From: a virus
Taxonomy: Duplodnaviria > Caudoviricetes
Direction: 5' to 3' (one strand)
IMG/VR virus record: IMGVR_UViG_3300027021_000012
Span: 1-31,552 of that record
Length of the DNA stretch: 31,552 nt
A program made the position numbers and the translations under genes. The first letter of the stretch is position 1; each line of letters begins with the position of its first letter. The notes beneath the pieces were generated by a model, which made no database searches, had not been told where the DNA came from, and saw only the letters and a list, made by a program, of their open reading frames with translations. Positions 16,730-26,622 of this stretch are shown in pieces.

Positions 16730-17620
16730 ATGATAGTAAATCAGCAAGCATTACAAGGTATTACAACTGGATTTAAGACGATTTTCAATAAGGTTTTTGG
16801 TGAAACAAAAACTCTTTGGGATAAGGTTGCAACCAAGGTTCCCTCCGAAACAGGTGAAGAAAGTTATAAATGGCTGGGTAAAATTCCTCGGATGAGAGAA
16901 TGGATTGGGGATAGAGAGATTCAAAATCTCAGTGGTTCTGACTACACAATCAAGAACAAGGACTTTGAACTAACAATTGGCGTTGACCGTAATGACATCG
17001 AGGATGACAAAATCGGTGTATATACTCCAGTCATTCAAGATATGGCCCAAAGTACAGCAACGTTCCCGGATGATCTTGTCTTTGGACTTTTAAAAGATGG
17101 GTTTACAAACAAGTGCTATGATGGGCAACCGTTCTTTTCAGATACTCATAAAGTGGGCAAAAAAAATATTAGCAACAAAGGGACAGCGAAGCTTTCAGTA
17201 ACGTCTTATGCAGCGGCAAGAAGTAGTGTTATGTCTTTAGTTGATGAAAATGGGAAATCATTGAAGCTTATTCCTAATTTACTTGTTGTTGCTCCTGCTG
17301 AAGAAGCGACAGCTCGAAAAATTCTTTATGCTGATCAGATTGATGGTTCGACAAATATTTACAAAGATACAGCAGAGCTACTAGTTGTTCCTGATCTTGC
17401 AGGCAGTGATACGGCTTGGTATTTAATGTGTACGAACAAGGCTTTGAAACCAATAATTTATCAGGAAAGAAAAGCGCCGAAGTTTAATGCACTAATCAAA
17501 GACACCGATGAAAATGTGTTCATGCGAAAACAACATCTTTATGGTGTTGATGGCAGAGCAAATGCAGGATATGGATTTTGGCAAATGGCGTATGGTTCAA
17601 CGGGCACAACTACTGAGTAA
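16730..17620 (+). CDS. Major capsid protein (Mu gpT family)
   Basis: YKWLGKIPRMREWIGDR, IKNKDFELTIGVDRNDIEDD, YGVDGRANAGYGFWQMAY. Confidence 0.95.
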   Translation: MIVNQQALQGITTGFKTIFNKVFGETKTLWDKVATKVPSETGEESYKWLGKIPRMREWIGDREIQNLSGSDYTIKNKDFELTIGVDRNDIEDDKIGVYTPVIQDMAQSTATFPDDLVFGLLKDGFTNKCYDGQPFFSDTHKVGKKNISNKGTAKLSVTSYAAARSSVMSLVDENGKSLKLIPNLLVVAPAEEATARKILYADQIDGSTNIYKDTAELLVVPDLAGSDTAWYLMCTNKALKPIIYQERKAPKFNALIKDTDENVFMRKQHLYGVDGRANAGYGFWQMAYGSTGTTTE

Positions 17621-17634
17621 AGGAATGAGGCAAT

Positions 17635-18084
17635 ATGAGTTATTGCACGATTGAAGAAGTCAGAGGAATGATTAAGTCGGATGCACTTAATGTGATCATC
17701 GGCGATGAATACATTGAAGATGAGCTTGAGCGTGAAGCAAAAATTGTTCCTTTAGTAGAAGAAGCAATTGGGGATGCAGATGGGGAAATTGATGGATACC
17801 TTGCTAAGAGGTATCCGGTCCCTGTCTCTCCGACACCCAAAGTTATAAATAAGTTTAGCAAGGACATTGCAGTGTATAATCTTTTTTCAAGAGCCGGAAT
17901 TGATGAAGGAGAAAAGGAAAAAAACTTTCTCAATAGATACAAAGCTGCTGTGAGATTTTTAGAAAATGTAGCCAAAGGAGTTATTGACATAGGTGCCTCG
18001 GACAATACCAAAAGGGCGGCTACAGGATTTCAAGTTAATTCGAATCCAAGATTGTTTTCAAGAAACTCAATGAAAGGAATGTAA
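17635..18084 (+). CDS. Head-tail adaptor (Mu gp36 / DUF1320)
   Basis: MSYCT, ADGEIDGYLAKRYPVP, DIAVYNL, RYKAAVRFLENVAKG. Confidence 0.88.
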   Translation: MSYCTIEEVRGMIKSDALNVIIGDEYIEDELEREAKIVPLVEEAIGDADGEIDGYLAKRYPVPVSPTPKVINKFSKDIAVYNLFSRAGIDEGEKEKNFLNRYKAAVRFLENVAKGVIDIGASDNTKRAATGFQVNSNPRLFSRNSMKGM

Positions 18085-18086
18085 TC

Positions 18087-18587
18087 ATGTATAGCATTAG
18101 ACTTGATGGAGATGTAAGAAGGCTTATGAAAAAGTTGAAAGACTTAGAGCGTGTCGAATTTAAGGGGGCAAGCCTTACTTTGGCAGAAACTCTTAGGGCT
18201 TCAACAAGGGAAAGATTTAAGCAGCAAAAAGATCCTGATGGTAAACCTTGGACAAAATCAATAAGAGCTGTGCGTGAAGGTGGATCAACACTCACTAAAA
18301 GCGCAGATCTAAAAAATTCTATTAAGTCAACGGCTGATGGTTCAGGCTTTGCAGTAGGTACAAATAAAATTTATGGACCGACGCACCAATTTGGAGAAGA
18401 TGGGCGAAAAATAACCATCAGAGCAAGGACATCAAAAGGTCTTGTATTCAAAATAGGTGACAGATGGATTCGCAAAAAACAAGTAACCGTCAATGTCAAT
18501 ATTCCTCAACGTCCTTTCCTAGGAATTTCAGAAGAAGATATGCTTGAAATCAAAGGAGTTCTTGAGGAAATCGTATCGGAGGACTAA
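18087..18587 (+). CDS. Virion morphogenesis protein (Mu gpG-like)
   Basis: RFKQQKDPDGKPW, VGTNKIYGPTHQFG, IPQRPFLGIS. Confidence 0.88.
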   Translation: MYSIRLDGDVRRLMKKLKDLERVEFKGASLTLAETLRASTRERFKQQKDPDGKPWTKSIRAVREGGSTLTKSADLKNSIKSTADGSGFAVGTNKIYGPTHQFGEDGRKITIRARTSKGLVFKIGDRWIRKKQVTVNVNIPQRPFLGISEEDMLEIKGVLEEIVSED

Positions 18588-18590
18588 TCA

Positions 18591-19094
18591 ATGATTGGAC
18601 AATGTAAAGAGTATTTGATTCAAAAGCTCAAAGATGCAGGCATCAAGTCAACAGTATATACAAGTTTGAAAAAACTTGAAAAATCCAGTGAAAGTCATAT
18701 TGGAGCAGTTATGTTTGAAGCAGATAAATTTACTCGAAGCGGCTCAAAAACTATATATGTAGACCAAGGGGGCGACAAGCGAAAGAGAGTAAAGGTACTT
18801 GAGAGAAAAACAAGCTTCATTGTGGTGATTGGTGAATATAGTGAGGATAAGTGTGAAACAATCTTTGAAGAGTTCGTTGGTCTTTTGGATAGAGGAATAT
18901 TGATAGACGGAAACTATACACCACTTGAATTAGAGGATGCAGATTGGGTGGATCAGAATGATAGCGTGTTAAAAGCAAAGATTGCAGTTCAGTTAAAAGT
19001 TACTTTTGAAGGTGGCGTATATAAAGATTCGCTATTTGCAACTATGAGTGAGGTTGAACAAACACTTGAGGAGGAAGGAAATGGAACAGAATAA
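18591..19094 (+). CDS. Putative tail terminator/neck protein
   Basis: Size and position between the morphogenesis gene and the sheath; no diagnostic motif. Confidence 0.55.
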   Translation: MIGQCKEYLIQKLKDAGIKSTVYTSLKKLEKSSESHIGAVMFEADKFTRSGSKTIYVDQGGDKRKRVKVLERKTSFIVVIGEYSEDKCETIFEEFVGLLDRGILIDGNYTPLELEDADWVDQNDSVLKAKIAVQLKVTFEGGVYKDSLFATMSEVEQTLEEEGNGTE

Positions 19095-19311
19095 AACAAA
19101 AAAAGATACATCTTCTCCTGAGTTAATCAGTATTGAAGAGTTAAAGAAAAAGTATAAAACATCGGATATGGTGTTTAGTGGTATTAAAGCTTTAGAAAAT
19201 TGGCGAACAGGAAAAGTGATTTCAGAAGCAGATTATCAAAAAGCATTGGATGAATTCATGAAAGCACCGATGAGCGGAAAGAAGGTGGCAAAAAATGTTA
19301 AGAGACGTTAG
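19081..19311 (+). CDS. Small pre-sheath hypothetical protein, 76 aa
   Basis: SD GAGGAAGG before ATG 19081; overlaps both neighbours. Confidence 0.65.
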   Translation: MEQNKTKKDTSSPELISIEELKKKYKTSDMVFSGIKALENWRTGKVISEADYQKALDEFMKAPMSGKKVAKNVKRR

Positions 19312-20719
19312 TACAATCATCACGGATGGCGGTCTTGGCGCAGATACTATCAAAGGTGAAGGCATTCACTTCAAGATTGGTGTCTCTCCAATCGTATCAG
19401 ATGTCCCCATTGTAATTACTGGAAGTATGGATGCAAAGAAAATTAAGGAAAAACTCGGTCTATCTCCACTTGCTGATGCCTGCATGGATAGTGTTGAAAA
19501 TGGAGCAAACATGATATATTGCTTGCCTGTTGCAGCTTCAGTCGCAGGAACAATCGGTGACGTTGAAATGTCCGGTACAGGTCTTGGAAGTCTAACGGTT
19601 ACCGGACAACCAAATAATGCTTATGACATCATTATTAAATTTACGGGTGCAGGTGGTTTTAATCAGGCGGTACTTCGATATTCAATTGATGGCGGTTATT
19701 CATATTCTGAAGAAGTAACTCTTGCAATTAACGGAGAACTAAACATCCCTTCAACTGGTTTAACCTTTACATTTACTGAAGACGGAGTGACGCCAGAAGA
19801 TTCTTATATAATTGATGATGTTTATAAAGTGGTCACGGAATCATCTGAAATGACAAATCAAGAGGTTTTAACAGCAATTGATAAGCTTAGGACAACCAAC
19901 TATTCATTTGAATACGTTCATATTGTTGGAGAATCAACCAAAGCTTTATGGGCAGCTGTTTCAACAGAAGTTGAAAACTTTATAACACTTTATAAAAAAC
20001 CTCTCTTTTTTATTCTTGAAGCAAGAAATATTAACCAAGATGAGACACTGGACGAATATGCTCAGTATCTTATTAGTGAAAGAACAGGGCTTCAAAACTA
20101 TGATATTCAGATTGTAACAGCAAGATCACTTTATACAAGGATGGATGGAACAATTAAAGATATCAACAATGCAGGAATTGTATGTGGGTTATATTCAAAG
20201 TCAAAGGTGCAGCAGTCCATTGGAGAAGTGAAAAGTTTCAGCATCCCTGAGAATAAAATGCTTGAACTCCTTCCAAAGGGAATCGAAGACTATATCGGTT
20301 TGCTTGATCAAACGAAGTATCTTACCTTTAGAAAGTATGAAGGAATTGAAGGTTGCTATGTCACCAATGCTCGGATGATGTGTCCTGACGGATCAGATTA
20401 TAGATATGCAGAAAATGTCAGGGTAAAGAATAAAATCATGCGAGAGACAAGAAAGCAAGCTCTCCAAGAACTACAAAGCGATATTGATATGACAGATGTT
20501 CAAGGCAGTTTGGAAACAATTGCCAAGTTTATTCAGACACCACTTGATACAATGGCACGAAACAAGGAAATCTCTTCAGCAAGAATTGTTGTTCCTGAAG
20601 ATCAAGATATCCTTGCAACGGAAAAGCTAAGCGTGATCATTCGTTTTATTCCAATTGGTCACGTAAGAGAAATTGAAATTGATCTTGGAATGGAAAATCC
20701 ATTTAGAACACAGCAATAG
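19295..20719 (+). CDS. Tail sheath protein (DUF2586-like)
   Basis: 474 aa; FEYVHIVG, SDYRYAENVRVKNK, IRFIPIGHVREIEIDLG; precedes the tube. Confidence 0.85.
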   Translation: MLRDVSTIITDGGLGADTIKGEGIHFKIGVSPIVSDVPIVITGSMDAKKIKEKLGLSPLADACMDSVENGANMIYCLPVAASVAGTIGDVEMSGTGLGSLTVTGQPNNAYDIIIKFTGAGGFNQAVLRYSIDGGYSYSEEVTLAINGELNIPSTGLTFTFTEDGVTPEDSYIIDDVYKVVTESSEMTNQEVLTAIDKLRTTNYSFEYVHIVGESTKALWAAVSTEVENFITLYKKPLFFILEARNINQDETLDEYAQYLISERTGLQNYDIQIVTARSLYTRMDGTIKDINNAGIVCGLYSKSKVQQSIGEVKSFSIPENKMLELLPKGIEDYIGLLDQTKYLTFRKYEGIEGCYVTNARMMCPDGSDYRYAENVRVKNKIMRETRKQALQELQSDIDMTDVQGSLETIAKFIQTPLDTMARNKEISSARIVVPEDQDILATEKLSVIIRFIPIGHVREIEIDLGMENPFRTQQ

Positions 20720-20731
20720 GGAGGAATAAAA

Positions 20732-21166
20732 ATGGCCATAATTAATGGAAAAAGCTATGACTGGGCTGATGTTGCAGTGAAACTCCCGGGGCTTGATATA
20801 GAAGTTCAGGAAATTTCATATGACGATGAGCTTGAAAAAGAAGTTGTCTACGGAAAAGGCAACAGACCAAGAGGATATGGAACAGGAAACTATAAATCAG
20901 AAGGCAAGCTTAGTCTTTTAAAAGATGATTTTGATGACTTAGTTGCATATTGCAAGCGAAGAAATGTAGCTTTATATAAACTTGTGATTCCTAAGGTTAT
21001 TGTAAGCTATGCAAATGAAACACAAAAGACCAAGACAGATGAGTTAAGCACAGTTATTCTAACAAAAACGAGCCAAAAAAACGCTCAAGGTGATAAGTCG
21101 ATTAAAGTCGATGTTGACTTCATCATAGTAAATGGAATCACTAGAGATGGATTGAAACCTATTTAA
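20732..21166 (+). CDS. Tail tube protein
   Basis: INGKSYDWADV, VYGKGNRPRGYGTGNYKSEG; follows the sheath. Confidence 0.82.
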   Translation: MAIINGKSYDWADVAVKLPGLDIEVQEISYDDELEKEVVYGKGNRPRGYGTGNYKSEGKLSLLKDDFDDLVAYCKRRNVALYKLVIPKVIVSYANETQKTKTDELSTVILTKTSQKNAQGDKSIKVDVDFIIVNGITRDGLKPI

Positions 21167-21222
21167 GCAAAATTGTTTTCAAAATAACTGACAAAAATTG
21201 ATTAAGTTGGAGGATTAAAAAG

Positions 21223-21582
21223 ATGGACGATAATAAAAAAGTAGAAGCAACAAAGACTAAAGATGCGCTTGAAGGTTACAAAGAAAAGTATGGCAAGTTA
21301 TATCAGGTCAATGCAAATATTGAACCGGATGACACGACGACGATTGAACTTGAATACTATTTTAAAAAGCCTGCAACGGCATCCTATGACCGATATGTGA
21401 AGAGTACATCGCAAAGCCCTACAAAGGCACTCAAAGCCTTTGTTATGGATAATGTTATTGAGGAACAATCAAAGCAGCTTGAAAGTGATCTTGAAGAATA
21501 TCCGGCTTTATGCTTAGGACTTGGTGAAAAGTTGTTGCATATGTTAGGACTTTCAAAAGATGTAAATTTAAAAATGCTTTAG
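21223..21582 (+). CDS. Tail assembly chaperone (short form)
   Basis: Between tube and tape measure; ends in slippery sequence AAATTTAAAAA. Confidence 0.82.
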   Translation: MDDNKKVEATKTKDALEGYKEKYGKLYQVNANIEPDDTTTIELEYYFKKPATASYDRYVKSTSQSPTKALKAFVMDNVIEEQSKQLESDLEEYPALCLGLGEKLLHMLGLSKDVNLKML

Positions 21583-21788
21583 AAGAACAGCTCCGGGAGG
21601 TAAAGAGTAATTTCGTTGAATCGGGTTCGCTTGAAATATATAGATACTTGCCTCCTAATCTTCTAAAGAAAAGCGTTGGAGAAATGGATATTGATGAATT
21701 TTTAAGAGCCCTTGCACAGGCAAGATATGTTCAAGAACTTGAACAAGACATAATGGCAAGAGCGATTTCAGAGGTCTTTTCAGACTAA
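21570..21788 (+). CDS. -1 frameshift extension of the tail chaperone (fusion about 188 aa)
   Basis: Open -1 frame (KNALEEQLREVK...AISEVFSD*) after heptamers A AAT TTA (21564-21570) and T TTA AAA (21567-21573). Confidence 0.8.
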   Translation, partial: KNALEEQLREVKSNFVESGSLEIYRYLPPNLLKKSVGEMDIDEFLRALAQARYVQELEQDIMARAISEVFSD

Positions 21789-21821
21789 AAGAACCGGCCT
21801 CTTTTAAAAGGTCGGTTCTTT
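21788..21821. terminator. Hairpin, possible bidirectional terminator
   Basis: AAAGAACCGGCCT ... AGGTCGGTTCTTT, 13-bp stem with one G:U, between convergent genes. Confidence 0.62.
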
Positions 21822-22046
21822 CTTAGTAATCCAACTTTTGTATAAAATTGTTGCGTTTCTTACGGAGCGAAAAAAGCCTTCCTTTTTCTTGTCTTTGTGT
21901 TTTCCAATATTAAGTTGGCTTCCAATCCATAAAGAGTATGGAATGCTATAAATAAACAAAGGTACAAATATGACAAAGGATATTATAGCTCCGGCACATA
22001 AAGCGAAAATGAGGATTCCAAATGCAAACCATAGACCTGATAACAT
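21804..22046 (-). CDS. Reversed small membrane protein (moron), 80 aa
   Basis: Long hydrophobic N-terminal half and basic C-terminus; SD AAAAGGAGG; own extended -10 (TGATATATT, 22077-22069). Confidence 0.78.
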   Translation of the reverse strand: MLSGLWFAFGILIFALCAGAIISFVIFVPLFIYSIPYSLWIGSQLNIGKHKDKKKEGFFRSVRNATILYKSWITKKEPTF

Positions 22047-22113
22047 AATAAAGACCTCCTTTTCTTTAAATATATCATAAAAATGAGAGTTTTAACAGGG
22101 GGTGAAAAATAGT

Positions 22114-24525
22114 ATGGGCTTAGATTCGATTTTTAAATTAAGTGTTATCGTAAACATGATAGATAATCTTACTGGGCCAATGGCGAGAGTCAATACTTCG
22201 GTGGATGGTTCGGTTGATAAAATACAACAACTTGATAAAACATTTGGAAACATGACCAAGACTGGCCTTGGAATGACAGCGGTTGGAGCGACAATTACAG
22301 ATGCTGTTCTATCTCCTGTAGAAGCAACATTTGAAACACGAAGGGCACTTGGTGAGTTATCATCTGTTGGAATTGAAGACCTTGAAGCGTTAGAAGAGGC
22401 GGCAAAAGATTTTTCGGATACTTGGGCAGGAACAACAAAAGCAGATTTTATTACAGCAGCCTATGACATAAAATCTGGAATCTCATCCTTGACGGATGAA
22501 GCCGTTGCGCAGTACACAGAGCTTGCAGGTATAACTGCTAAAGGAACAAAGTCGAGCACTGGAGAAATGACGAGTCTCTTTGCCACTGGATATGGTATCT
22601 ATAAGGATTTTTACAAGGATATGAGTGATTTAGAGTTTGGAGAAATGTTCTCAGCAGGTATTGCGAAGTCAGTTCAGCAGTTTAAAACAGATGGATCTCA
22701 AATGGCAGCTTCAATCCAATCATTAGGTGCTTCGGCAACCTCGGCAAACGTCCCGTTTGAAGAACAACTGTCAATTCTAGGAATGCTTCAAGCGACCATG
22801 TCAGGGAGTGAAGCCGGAACCAAGTACAGAGCATTTTTAAAAACAGCTGCTAAGGCAGGAGAAGATCTTGAGCTCAGCTTTACTGATGCAAACGATCAGC
22901 TCTTGTCCATGCCGGAAATACTTGAACAGCTTCGAGGAAAATTCGGAGATACAATGGATGCAGCTGAAAAAATGGAATTACAGAAAGCCTTTGGAACAGA
23001 TGAAGCCGTTGCCATGATCGACCTTTTATATAATAAAACAGGAGATTTGCAAGGTAACATTACAACGCTTTACGATGAAATGGGTAATGGAGTTGGCGTG
23101 GCAAAAGAAATGGCGGATGCGATTAATCAGACAGAAGGTGAACAATATGATGTCTTAGGTCAAAAAATTGGGAATGTCAAAGAGCAAATAGGAACCTTGC
23201 TTTTACCGACGGTTAGCGAGTTTATTGATAAAAGCAGTGAGGTTGTTGATAAAGTCAGTGAATGGGTTGACCAGAATGAAAGCCTTGTAAAAGGGATTAC
23301 ATTTACACTTTTGACAATTGGAATAATACTTACTGTTATGGGAGCATTTATTGCAATTGGAGGTGGTGTTGGACTGATGATTACCAAAACTGTTAGACTT
23401 CTTGGAAGTCTAAGCAGTGGATTGAAAATGATAGGAAGTGGATTTGATACTTTAAGGATAGTCTCTATGTATGCCGGTGATGGATTAAAAGTATTTGGTA
23501 GTGGTGTCCTGAAGGGCGTTGCTTCAGCCAAGAGTTTTGTCATTGGCATGGCAGGCATGGCGAAACAGGCTATCATCACAGGTGTTACAGCGCTTCCGGG
23601 ATTGATTGCATCCGTATGGTCGTTCACAGCTGCTTTACTTGCGAATCCTATTACATGGATAGTTATTGGAATCGTTGCTCTTGTAGCTGCTATTATTCTA
23701 TTATGGCAAAATTGGGACTCGGTGACTGCTTGGCTTTCAAATGCTTGGAATGGATTTGTGAATGGTGTTAAAGCCGGATTTGATTGGGTGAAAAACCTTT
23801 TTGCAGGGATGCCTACATGGCTGCAAGTCGCCATTGCAGCATTTATGCCGTTCATCGGAATTCCGATGCTAATTATTAATAACTGGGGCACAATCACTGA
23901 GTTCTTTAGAAATCTTTGGGCAGGCATTACTGGAGTGTTTACAAACGGTATCCAAGGTATAAAGGATTTTATATCCGGGAGCTTGAAATGGTTCAGGGAG
24001 TCAGGTTCAAAGATACTGACAACCTTCACTGAAGGAATTAAGAGTGCGATATCAGCACCTGTTGATGCGGTCAAAGGTGGTCTTTCTAAAATCAGGAAGC
24101 TCCTTCCTTTTTCAGATGCAAAGGAAGGTCCACTTTCAACGCTTACATTATCAGGAAAGAGAGTTTTTGAAACCATTACTTCAGGTATGGTTCAGACGCA
24201 AAACCTTCCGGCAGAGGTAACGGAGGATGCATTCTCAGATGTGAATTTAGCTGCTAATCCTAAAGAGGATAAAATAGTATCTGAAAGTTCAGGAATTATT
24301 TCTAAGAGTGAAATCAAAAAAGTCAATCTACGGGAAATCAACAGGGAAAGAACGGAAAGTTCACAGAGTACAAAAGAAAAAAACAATGGAACAGTAATTC
24401 AAAACCTCGTGATAAAAGTAGATATCAGTAAACTCAAAGAGCTTCCAATGCTCTTTAAATTAGTAAAAGAAATTGAAGATTATAATAATGCTAATGGCAA
24501 TGATCCTGAGCCTGATTTTGCATAA
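22114..24525 (+). CDS. Tail tape measure protein
   Basis: TP901-like core (AAYDIKSGI, GSEAGTKYRAFL), hydrophobic segments, ALLANPITWI, aromatic periodic repeats; ATG 22114 after SD GGGGGTGA. Confidence 0.93.
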   Translation: MGLDSIFKLSVIVNMIDNLTGPMARVNTSVDGSVDKIQQLDKTFGNMTKTGLGMTAVGATITDAVLSPVEATFETRRALGELSSVGIEDLEALEEAAKDFSDTWAGTTKADFITAAYDIKSGISSLTDEAVAQYTELAGITAKGTKSSTGEMTSLFATGYGIYKDFYKDMSDLEFGEMFSAGIAKSVQQFKTDGSQMAASIQSLGASATSANVPFEEQLSILGMLQATMSGSEAGTKYRAFLKTAAKAGEDLELSFTDANDQLLSMPEILEQLRGKFGDTMDAAEKMELQKAFGTDEAVAMIDLLYNKTGDLQGNITTLYDEMGNGVGVAKEMADAINQTEGEQYDVLGQKIGNVKEQIGTLLLPTVSEFIDKSSEVVDKVSEWVDQNESLVKGITFTLLTIGIILTVMGAFIAIGGGVGLMITKTVRLLGSLSSGLKMIGSGFDTLRIVSMYAGDGLKVFGSGVLKGVASAKSFVIGMAGMAKQAIITGVTALPGLIASVWSFTAALLANPITWIVIGIVALVAAIILLWQNWDSVTAWLSNAWNGFVNGVKAGFDWVKNLFAGMPTWLQVAIAAFMPFIGIPMLIINNWGTITEFFRNLWAGITGVFTNGIQGIKDFISGSLKWFRESGSKILTTFTEGIKSAISAPVDAVKGGLSKIRKLLPFSDAKEGPLSTLTLSGKRVFETITSGMVQTQNLPAEVTEDAFSDVNLAANPKEDKIVSESSGIISKSEIKKVNLREINRERTESSQSTKEKNNGTVIQNLVIKVDISKLKELPMLFKLVKEIEDYNNANGNDPEPDFA

Positions 24526-24537
24526 GGGGGGAGAAAA

Positions 24538-25146
24538 TTGATTTACTTTGATGAAAGTACAATAAAAATTGGAGGTGTCATTCTCCCCGGACTTTTTAAA
24601 AGCATTGAAATTAAAGGTGATGCTCTTATTGAAGAGCAGGAGATTGAAGGTAGAAGTTCAAAATCAAAGCAAGCGATTGGATACGAAGATTCAAAAGTCA
24701 ACGTTGAATTAATTTTGCATGAAGGGCCACTCTTGACAAAGCGTCAGAAGCTTGAACAAATTCAAAATATTTTCAAGAAGCAAGGCCAGTCAAAACCGAT
24801 AGTTTATGAGATCGTCAATGAGCATACAGCTGCAAGAGGCATCTCTAAAGTTCTTTTTAAGAATCTGACAACTAAAGAGCAAAGCAAGAAAGATGAACTC
24901 ACAGTAATGATTGAGTTTTGGGAATATATTCCTATTACGATAACGGCAACCAATAAAACAAAAGAAACGATTGATACTGCAAAAAAACCAACAGTATCAT
25001 CAACGTTGACAGATGAATATAAAAGTTATCTTAATTCAGATCGTGGATCGGCACCAAAAATAAAAGATAAAACCAATAAATCACCTGCAACCGATAGTAT
25101 TGGAGCACAACTATATAGAGGAAAACTGAAACAAATGCCCTACTAA
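24538..25146 (+). CDS. Tail tube initiator/baseplate-proximal protein
   Basis: Directly after the tape measure; TTG start; assignment by synteny. Confidence 0.6.
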   Translation: MIYFDESTIKIGGVILPGLFKSIEIKGDALIEEQEIEGRSSKSKQAIGYEDSKVNVELILHEGPLLTKRQKLEQIQNIFKKQGQSKPIVYEIVNEHTAARGISKVLFKNLTTKEQSKKDELTVMIEFWEYIPITITATNKTKETIDTAKKPTVSSTLTDEYKSYLNSDRGSAPKIKDKTNKSPATDSIGAQLYRGKLKQMPY

Positions 25147-25159
25147 GCGAGGTGAGACA

Positions 25160-25915
25160 ATGGAAACAAACGAGTTATTTTATCCTGAAATCAGTGTGAA
25201 AGTTGGGAGTTATGGCTTCCAAAAAGGTATTGAGATTGAAGCATATTCCTCAAAAGATTCATATTTTGATTGGGCAAAGATAAAGTTTACTCAGCAGTTT
25301 AATGAGAAGATCACGCTGGGTAAGAAAGACAAGGCTTTGATTGAACTTGGATATGATGGAGTATTTGACGAGGTATTTGAGGGATATGTTGTCAATCCAA
25401 TGAGCGAAGGCAGTTACTCAAATGAGATTGTTCTTAAGGATGACATGATACTTCTTGAGGAGACGTATATCACCAATACTTTCCTTGATGCAACGCCTCA
25501 AGAAATCTTGATATTTTGTCTGAACAAAGCAGGAATCACAGACATAAAGATATCTTCAAAGGTGTTCCAAAAGAAAAAAGTTGTCCCCGTGTTCAAAAAA
25601 AACGTCATATCAGTCATTGAGGAGATTCACAACCTTTGGAAAGTCAAAGAGCAGTTTTACTTCTCAGGTGGTGTGTTCTACTGGGGAGAGAAGCCGGAAC
25701 AAAAGAAAATCTATGAGTTTGAGTATGGTGTGAATATCATATCTCTTAAGAGGTCCGGTGGTGTTTGGGAATTAGAGACAGTTTCAATGCCGTTTATAAA
25801 ACATTCACAAAATATTATTGTGAGACACCCTAAAATCTCAGGAACTTTTGAAACGAAAAAGGTTGTGTTTACAACAAATAATGCAGGATTCATTAGAACA
25901 GCTATCTATTTTTAA
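25160..25915 (+). CDS. Putative baseplate hub protein
   Basis: Synteny (Mu gp44 position); SD GAGGTGA. Confidence 0.6.
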   Translation: METNELFYPEISVKVGSYGFQKGIEIEAYSSKDSYFDWAKIKFTQQFNEKITLGKKDKALIELGYDGVFDEVFEGYVVNPMSEGSYSNEIVLKDDMILLEETYITNTFLDATPQEILIFCLNKAGITDIKISSKVFQKKKVVPVFKKNVISVIEEIHNLWKVKEQFYFSGGVFYWGEKPEQKKIYEFEYGVNIISLKRSGGVWELETVSMPFIKHSQNIIVRHPKISGTFETKKVVFTTNNAGFIRTAIYF

Positions 25916-25927
25916 GGAGGGAGATTC

Positions 25928-26212
25928 ATGCTCGAACAAATGATCATTAAAGGTGCTAACAAACTGGTCGAAACAAAATATCAGCACATTAAGCTTCCTT
26001 CAGTAGTTTATTCAAAGGTTACAAAGGTTCAGGATGCTACAGGGTATTATGTGTATAATCTCAAAATACTTGACGAAAACAAGGAAATTGACACAAGATT
26101 CCCTGAAATTCCAAAAGTAAAATCAACAGTGGCTCTTGAATATGGAGATATTTGTACGGTGGTTCTTCTTTATGGACGACTAAACATTCACATTGTCGGG
26201 AAGGTGATATGA
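25928..26212 (+). CDS. Putative baseplate spike-like protein (short)
   Basis: Synteny (Mu gp45 position); OB-fold-like pattern GDICTVVLLYG. Confidence 0.55.
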   Translation: MLEQMIIKGANKLVETKYQHIKLPSVVYSKVTKVQDATGYYVYNLKILDENKEIDTRFPEIPKVKSTVALEYGDICTVVLLYGRLNIHIVGKVI

Positions 26213-26622
26213 TGGCAGGATTATTTGACGCAGATATAAAACTTGATGAGAATTGGCAACTCACGGCGGCTGCAAGTGGTGAGGCGCCAATCGCTTCAAA
26301 TACGGAGTGTCTCATTCAAGATATAAGGCTTGAAGCTATGTCTCAGGAAGGAGAGCTCTTTTATGATCAAGATTGGGGATGGTCCCTTATTGATTTCATA
26401 CAGGTGCAGGAGGATGACCTTATCAAGCTAGAAATTGACCAACGAATCAAAACGAAACTTTCAAGACGTGAAGAGATTGACAGTGAAACGATTGTAACAC
26501 AACTCACTTTTGAGGATGACAAAATCTCAATCAAAGTGGCTTTCGAATTTATTAATGACTCCACTCAGTACAATTTGAATATTGCACTAGACAGAGTCAA
26601 TGTTGAGGTGGTGATGATCTAA
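26209..26622 (+). CDS. Baseplate wedge / gp25-like protein (Mu gp46 position)
   Basis: QDIRLE...EGELFYDQDWGWSL; precedes baseplate J. Confidence 0.72.
   Translation: MMAGLFDADIKLDENWQLTAAASGEAPIASNTECLIQDIRLEAMSQEGELFYDQDWGWSLIDFIQVQEDDLIKLEIDQRIKTKLSRREEIDSETIVTQLTFEDDKISIKVAFEFINDSTQYNLNIALDRVNVEVVMI

Noticed and set aside
23160-24176. 338-aa minus-strand ORF
   Set aside because: Antisense shadow of the tape measure gene; no recognisable motif
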